Shown: in pieces, positions 54,969-58,181 of the stretch
Layout of the letters: each line of letters begins with the position of its first letter
How positions within the stretch are numbered: the first letter of the stretch is position 1
Origin: a virus
Lineage: Duplodnaviria > Caudoviricetes
DNA length: 58,181 bases
IMG/VR virus record: IMGVR_UViG_3300043429_000067
Coordinates: 1 to 58,181 of that record
Strand: one strand, 5' to 3'
Notes under the pieces: generated by a model
What the model was told of the DNA's origin: nothing
Seen by the model: only the letters and a program-made list of their open reading frames with translations
The model's database searches: none
Position numbers and translations under genes: made by a program

Positions 54969-55352
54969 ATGGGTCTTTATACCGGCATAGCACAAGATAA
55001 TGTCACTATTAATAGTGGCAATATCAATGCGACCAATCTCTCTGTGGCAAATAACATTAAGTCTACTGCCCCAGTTATTAAGACTGCGGCGTTTACTCTT
55101 GGTGCTACGGAGAATTACGTTGTCTGTAATGGCTCTGCATCGATCACTGTTACGTTACCGACTGCTTCGGCAAATACGGGTCGTTCCGTGACGATCAAAA
55201 CCATTGCTGCATACACTGTTGTTTCCGCTTCATCTAACGTGAAGCCTATCGATTCCAACACCGCTGGTACCGCTATTCTGGGTAACACGGCTGGTAAGTG
55301 GGCTACGTTGGTGTGCGACGGCACCAACTGGGTAGTTATGGCCACTGGCTAA
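54969..55352 (+). CDS. Virion structural protein
   Basis: TVTLPTA..GRSVTIK..CDGTNW motif. Confidence 0.6.
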   Translation: MGLYTGIAQDNVTINSGNINATNLSVANNIKSTAPVIKTAAFTLGATENYVVCNGSASITVTLPTASANTGRSVTIKTIAAYTVVSASSNVKPIDSNTAGTAILGNTAGKWATLVCDGTNWVVMATG

Positions 55353-55393
55353 TAGGATGGGGCTTCGGCCCCTCCTCTCTATAGGATTCTGTT

Positions 55394-56278
55394 ATGCCTA
55401 CCAATCTGACCGGCTCCACTATTGCCGACACATTTGATCAACTGCTACATATTAGCGATGGTCCGGAAGCGACTGAGAAAGTCGTGTACAGCGGGACCGG
55501 CGTTGCTACGGCGTTGAAACTTGGCACACAGTCTGCATCGGTTGATAACATCAAGATTGACGGCAACACCATCTCATCTACAGACACTGATGGGGATATT
55601 AATCTAACGCCTAATGGCACCGGTTCTGTAAATGTAACGAACTTGGTTCTTGTTAGTGGTTCTATTACAGCAGACAATATCCAGATAGATGGGAACACAA
55701 TTTCGTCTACAGATACAGACGGTAATATAAACCTCACACCCGATGGCACTGGTTCAGTTGTTATCTCTAAAGTAGATATTACGGCGGGGACCATACCATT
55801 TAGCGTTATGGCTGGTAGGGCGTACGCGGCTTTTTCAGATGTGACTGATCAGTCGGGCAGTACATCGGTGGCAACTGCGGTTAAGTTCGGTACTACAGAT
55901 ATTGCTGGCGCGGGTGTCACTATGGTTACTGATGGCACGAATTTGACCAGAATGACATTTGCTGCTGCTGGGACTTATATGGTCGCCCCAAGCATCCAAT
56001 TAACAAATTCTGATACGGTTGACCACGACGTGACGTTTTGGTTTGCCTTGAATGGGACAGCAATACCACGATCGGCCACTAAATTGACCGTACCAAAAAC
56101 TGGGGACGGCGGTAATCTTGCATTCCAGATTGTGTTCTACGCCTCTGTTACCGCAGGGCAATATATACAACTTATGTGGCTACCTGAGAATGTAGCAATT
56201 ACTTTGGACCACACTGCCGCTGGTGCTATTGCCCCAGCTATTCCGTCTGCAATTATTGTTGCTGAAAGGATCGCGTAA
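55394..56278 (+). CDS. Head/tail fibre-like protein with internal repeat
   Basis: DNIxIDGNTISSTDTDGxINLTPxGTGSV twice; beta-rich C-terminal domain. Confidence 0.65.
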   Translation: MPTNLTGSTIADTFDQLLHISDGPEATEKVVYSGTGVATALKLGTQSASVDNIKIDGNTISSTDTDGDINLTPNGTGSVNVTNLVLVSGSITADNIQIDGNTISSTDTDGNINLTPDGTGSVVISKVDITAGTIPFSVMAGRAYAAFSDVTDQSGSTSVATAVKFGTTDIAGAGVTMVTDGTNLTRMTFAAAGTYMVAPSIQLTNSDTVDHDVTFWFALNGTAIPRSATKLTVPKTGDGGNLAFQIVFYASVTAGQYIQLMWLPENVAITLDHTAAGAIAPAIPSAIIVAERIA

Positions 56279-56526
56279 TGGCTAAGACTCCAGCATGGCA
56301 ACGTAAGGAAGGACAAGACCCCAAAGGTGGCTTGAATGCAAAGGGTCGTGCGTCCTACAACAAGGCGACCGGCGGTAATCTGAAGCCTCCGCAGCCTGAA
56401 GGTGGTTCTCGTAAGAAGTCGTTCTGCGCCCGGATGGAAGGTATGAAGAAGAAACTTACCTCCGCTAAGACCGCGAATGATCCGAACAGCCGCATCAATA
56501 AATCTTTGAGGGCTTGGAAATGCTGA
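56278..56526 (+). CDS. Small basic protein
   Basis: GGLNAKGR..RKKSFCARM..SLRAWKC. Confidence 0.65.
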   Translation: MAKTPAWQRKEGQDPKGGLNAKGRASYNKATGGNLKPPQPEGGSRKKSFCARMEGMKKKLTSAKTANDPNSRINKSLRAWKC

Positions 56527-56681
56527 AGAAACCTGTCTGGGAGAAGCCGCGCCCAAAGAATCTTGGTCCGTCCAAGAAACTAACACCGGCGCAAAAGACT
56601 AAGGCGAAGACTATGGCTGCTAAAGCAGGACGGCCATACCCGAACCTTGTGGACAACATGAGAGCCGCGAAGGGGAAATGA
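56520..56681 (+). CDS. Small basic protein (53 aa; not in ORF track)
   Basis: KLTPAQKTKAK..AGRPYPNLVDNM. Confidence 0.6.
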   Translation: MLKKPVWEKPRPKNLGPSKKLTPAQKTKAKTMAAKAGRPYPNLVDNMRAAKGK

Positions 56682-56682
56682 C

Positions 56683-56865
56683 ATGGCAGTCTCATCGAAC
56701 TGGATCAAGGGCGCAATCAAAAAGCCGGGCGCTTTGCGTAAGACACTGGGCGTGAAAAAAGGCGAAACCATCCCGACTGAGAAGTTGGCGAAGGCAGCAA
56801 AGATGCCGGGTAAGACCGGCCAACGTGCGCGACTGGCGCAGACACTCAAAAAACTGGGGAAATGA
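56683..56865 (+). CDS. Small basic protein
   Basis: WIKGAIKKPGALR..RARLAQTLKK. Confidence 0.65.
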   Translation: MAVSSNWIKGAIKKPGALRKTLGVKKGETIPTEKLAKAAKMPGKTGQRARLAQTLKKLGK

Positions 56866-57134
56866 CAATGAGCAAAATGTACATCCGTGTAAAAAAGGAC
56901 GGCTTCATCTACGACTACAGCGATATTTTGGCGCGTAATCCGGAGTGCGAAGTTGTTCCAGAGGAAGTTGCTTACCCAGAACGCTTCGTCCAGCCCGAGG
57001 TTGTAGAGAAGGTAAAGGCCGAGCGTAAGAAGCGCGGCTCTGCACTTGATCTATCAACTGCTGACATTCCTGAGCCGCCGGTCTATACTGCGCCTGAGTT
57101 GGCGGCTGAAGCCGCGAAGGGGTTCCCTGAATGA
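56862..57134 (+). CDS. Hypothetical protein
   Basis: ATGA-coupled ORF. Confidence 0.55.
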   Translation: MTMSKMYIRVKKDGFIYDYSDILARNPECEVVPEEVAYPERFVQPEVVEKVKAERKKRGSALDLSTADIPEPPVYTAPELAAEAAKGFPE

Positions 57135-57772
57135 CACCCGCAGATGTGATAGCCGAAGTAAGGAATGTCGTCCAAGATACGCGGGCGACATATCGTTACA
57201 GTGATACGCTTTTATTGGGGTTCGTCAACACGACCATCAAGCGTATGGCTATCCTTCGCCCTGATCTTTTCACTGTTATCGGTGACATCAGCATCACGGC
57301 TAATACGGTTGTACAGGATTGCCCTGCCGGTGCAGTTCGACTTGTCGAGATATTCCAAGTCAAGAATGGTGACGTAATCACTGAGGTATCGCGGGAGATG
57401 CTTGACCAAACGTATCCCGAGTGGCGTACTGAGACTCCCGGTACCCCAGTGAACTATATGCGACATGTGCGTAATCCAACGCAGTTCTTCCTTGTACCAC
57501 GTCCAGTCAACAGCGTGATCCTGATTGGCGAGTATGTGGCGTCGCCACCGACATACGCAATTAATGAGGATATTGATCTACCGGCTGCGTACTTCCCGGT
57601 ACTCGTTGACGGCACCGTGTTTATGGCGGAGTCGGTGGATAACGAGCATGTTAATTCTGGCCGGGCGAAGTTGTACCAAGATTCGTTCACGCAGCTTCTT
57701 GGCGTTGGTTTGCAGTCTCGTTCGGTGACTGATACTGAGGAAGGCGGACTCGATCCGAAACAGGTGATCTAA
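57131..57772 (+). CDS. Head-tail adaptor-like protein
   Basis: YRYSDTLLLGFVN..RPDL; REMLDQTYPEW; position after capsid module. Confidence 0.65.
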   Translation: MTPADVIAEVRNVVQDTRATYRYSDTLLLGFVNTTIKRMAILRPDLFTVIGDISITANTVVQDCPAGAVRLVEIFQVKNGDVITEVSREMLDQTYPEWRTETPGTPVNYMRHVRNPTQFFLVPRPVNSVILIGEYVASPPTYAINEDIDLPAAYFPVLVDGTVFMAESVDNEHVNSGRAKLYQDSFTQLLGVGLQSRSVTDTEEGGLDPKQVI

Positions 57773-58181
57773 TGGCATCTCGTGACTTTTCCTCACTTGC
57801 TGTACGCCTGCAACCTACGGTGCCGGGCTGCCCTCGGCAAACGATCGTTCAGTATATCCGTGACGCTGCGATCAAGACATGTGAGCGTACGCTCGCGTGG
57901 CGCTATCAGGTACCGAAATTTGACCTGACTCCGGGGACGTATATCTACGATTACCGTAAGCCATTTGATTCTCAGGTTCACGCGGTGTTCGCAGCGTTTC
58001 AGAATAACGTCCCGTTGGAAGTCCTGACACTGGATCGCGCACTGGAGTTGTACCCTGAGTGGGCGGACAAATACACCACATCTGGGGATATATCACTGTA
58101 TGGTACCCAGCCCAGATCATTGACTGAGGTTAGCCCACACCAGTTTGCGGTGCTACCGCTGCCAGATGCGCAGCGTACATA
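57772..58181 (+). CDS. Second adaptor-like protein, N-terminal part (continues at 1..273)
   Basis: TAATG coupling; open to the window end; VPGCP..IRDAAIKTCERT. Confidence 0.7.
   Translation, partial: MASRDFSSLAVRLQPTVPGCPRQTIVQYIRDAAIKTCERTLAWRYQVPKFDLTPGTYIYDYRKPFDSQVHAVFAAFQNNVPLEVLTLDRALELYPEWADKYTTSGDISLYGTQPRSLTEVSPHQFAVLPLPDAQRT

Larger units (their letters stand above)
1..58181. mobile_element. Complete, circularly permuted tailed phage genome (podovirus-like, ~58,173 bp)
   Basis: Terminase, portal, capsid, tail, lysis and replication genes in two divergent arms; 8-nt end overlap joins an ORF in frame; no host housekeeping genes. Confidence 0.95.

Noticed and set aside
1-58181. tRNAs, introns/inteins, integrase, stop-codon recoding
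   Set aside because: None recognised by eye; core genes are uninterrupted and of normal size under the standard code

Overview
The window appears to be one essentially complete, circularly permuted tailed dsDNA phage genome with a podovirus-type layout. The last 8 nt (cgtacata) repeat the first 8 nt and join an adaptor-like ORF in frame, giving about 58,173 bp. The + strand arm (47.2 kb to the end, then 1 to 26.5 kb) is the late module: terminase, portal, scaffold, major capsid, small basic proteins, adaptors, Gly-rich and LamG tail proteins, lysis cassette (holin, embedded spanins, M15 endolysin), tail nozzle, a GNAT-like protein and three internal/ejection proteins (one with an SLT domain, one of 2613 aa). 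The - strand arm (46.9 to 26.5 kb) is the early/replication module: many small ORFs, a MoxR-type AAA ATPase with a metallopeptidase-VWA partner, family A DNA polymerase (Leu762 type), Cas4-like nuclease, VRR-NUC, SNF2 helicase, SSB-like protein and primase-helicase. An AT-rich iteron/IHF region at 45.6-46.0 kb is the likely origin. I found no integrase, tRNA, CRISPR array or reverse transcriptase. The most unusual locus is 20.2-21.25 kb inside the giant virion-protein gene. It combines tandem QLxLF clamp-binding-like motifs, a nested +1-frame gene resembling a normally stand-alone small basic phage protein, and a dnaX-style -1 frameshift signal predicting a ~866-aa short isoform. All functional calls come from motif recognition and gene order; no database search was run.
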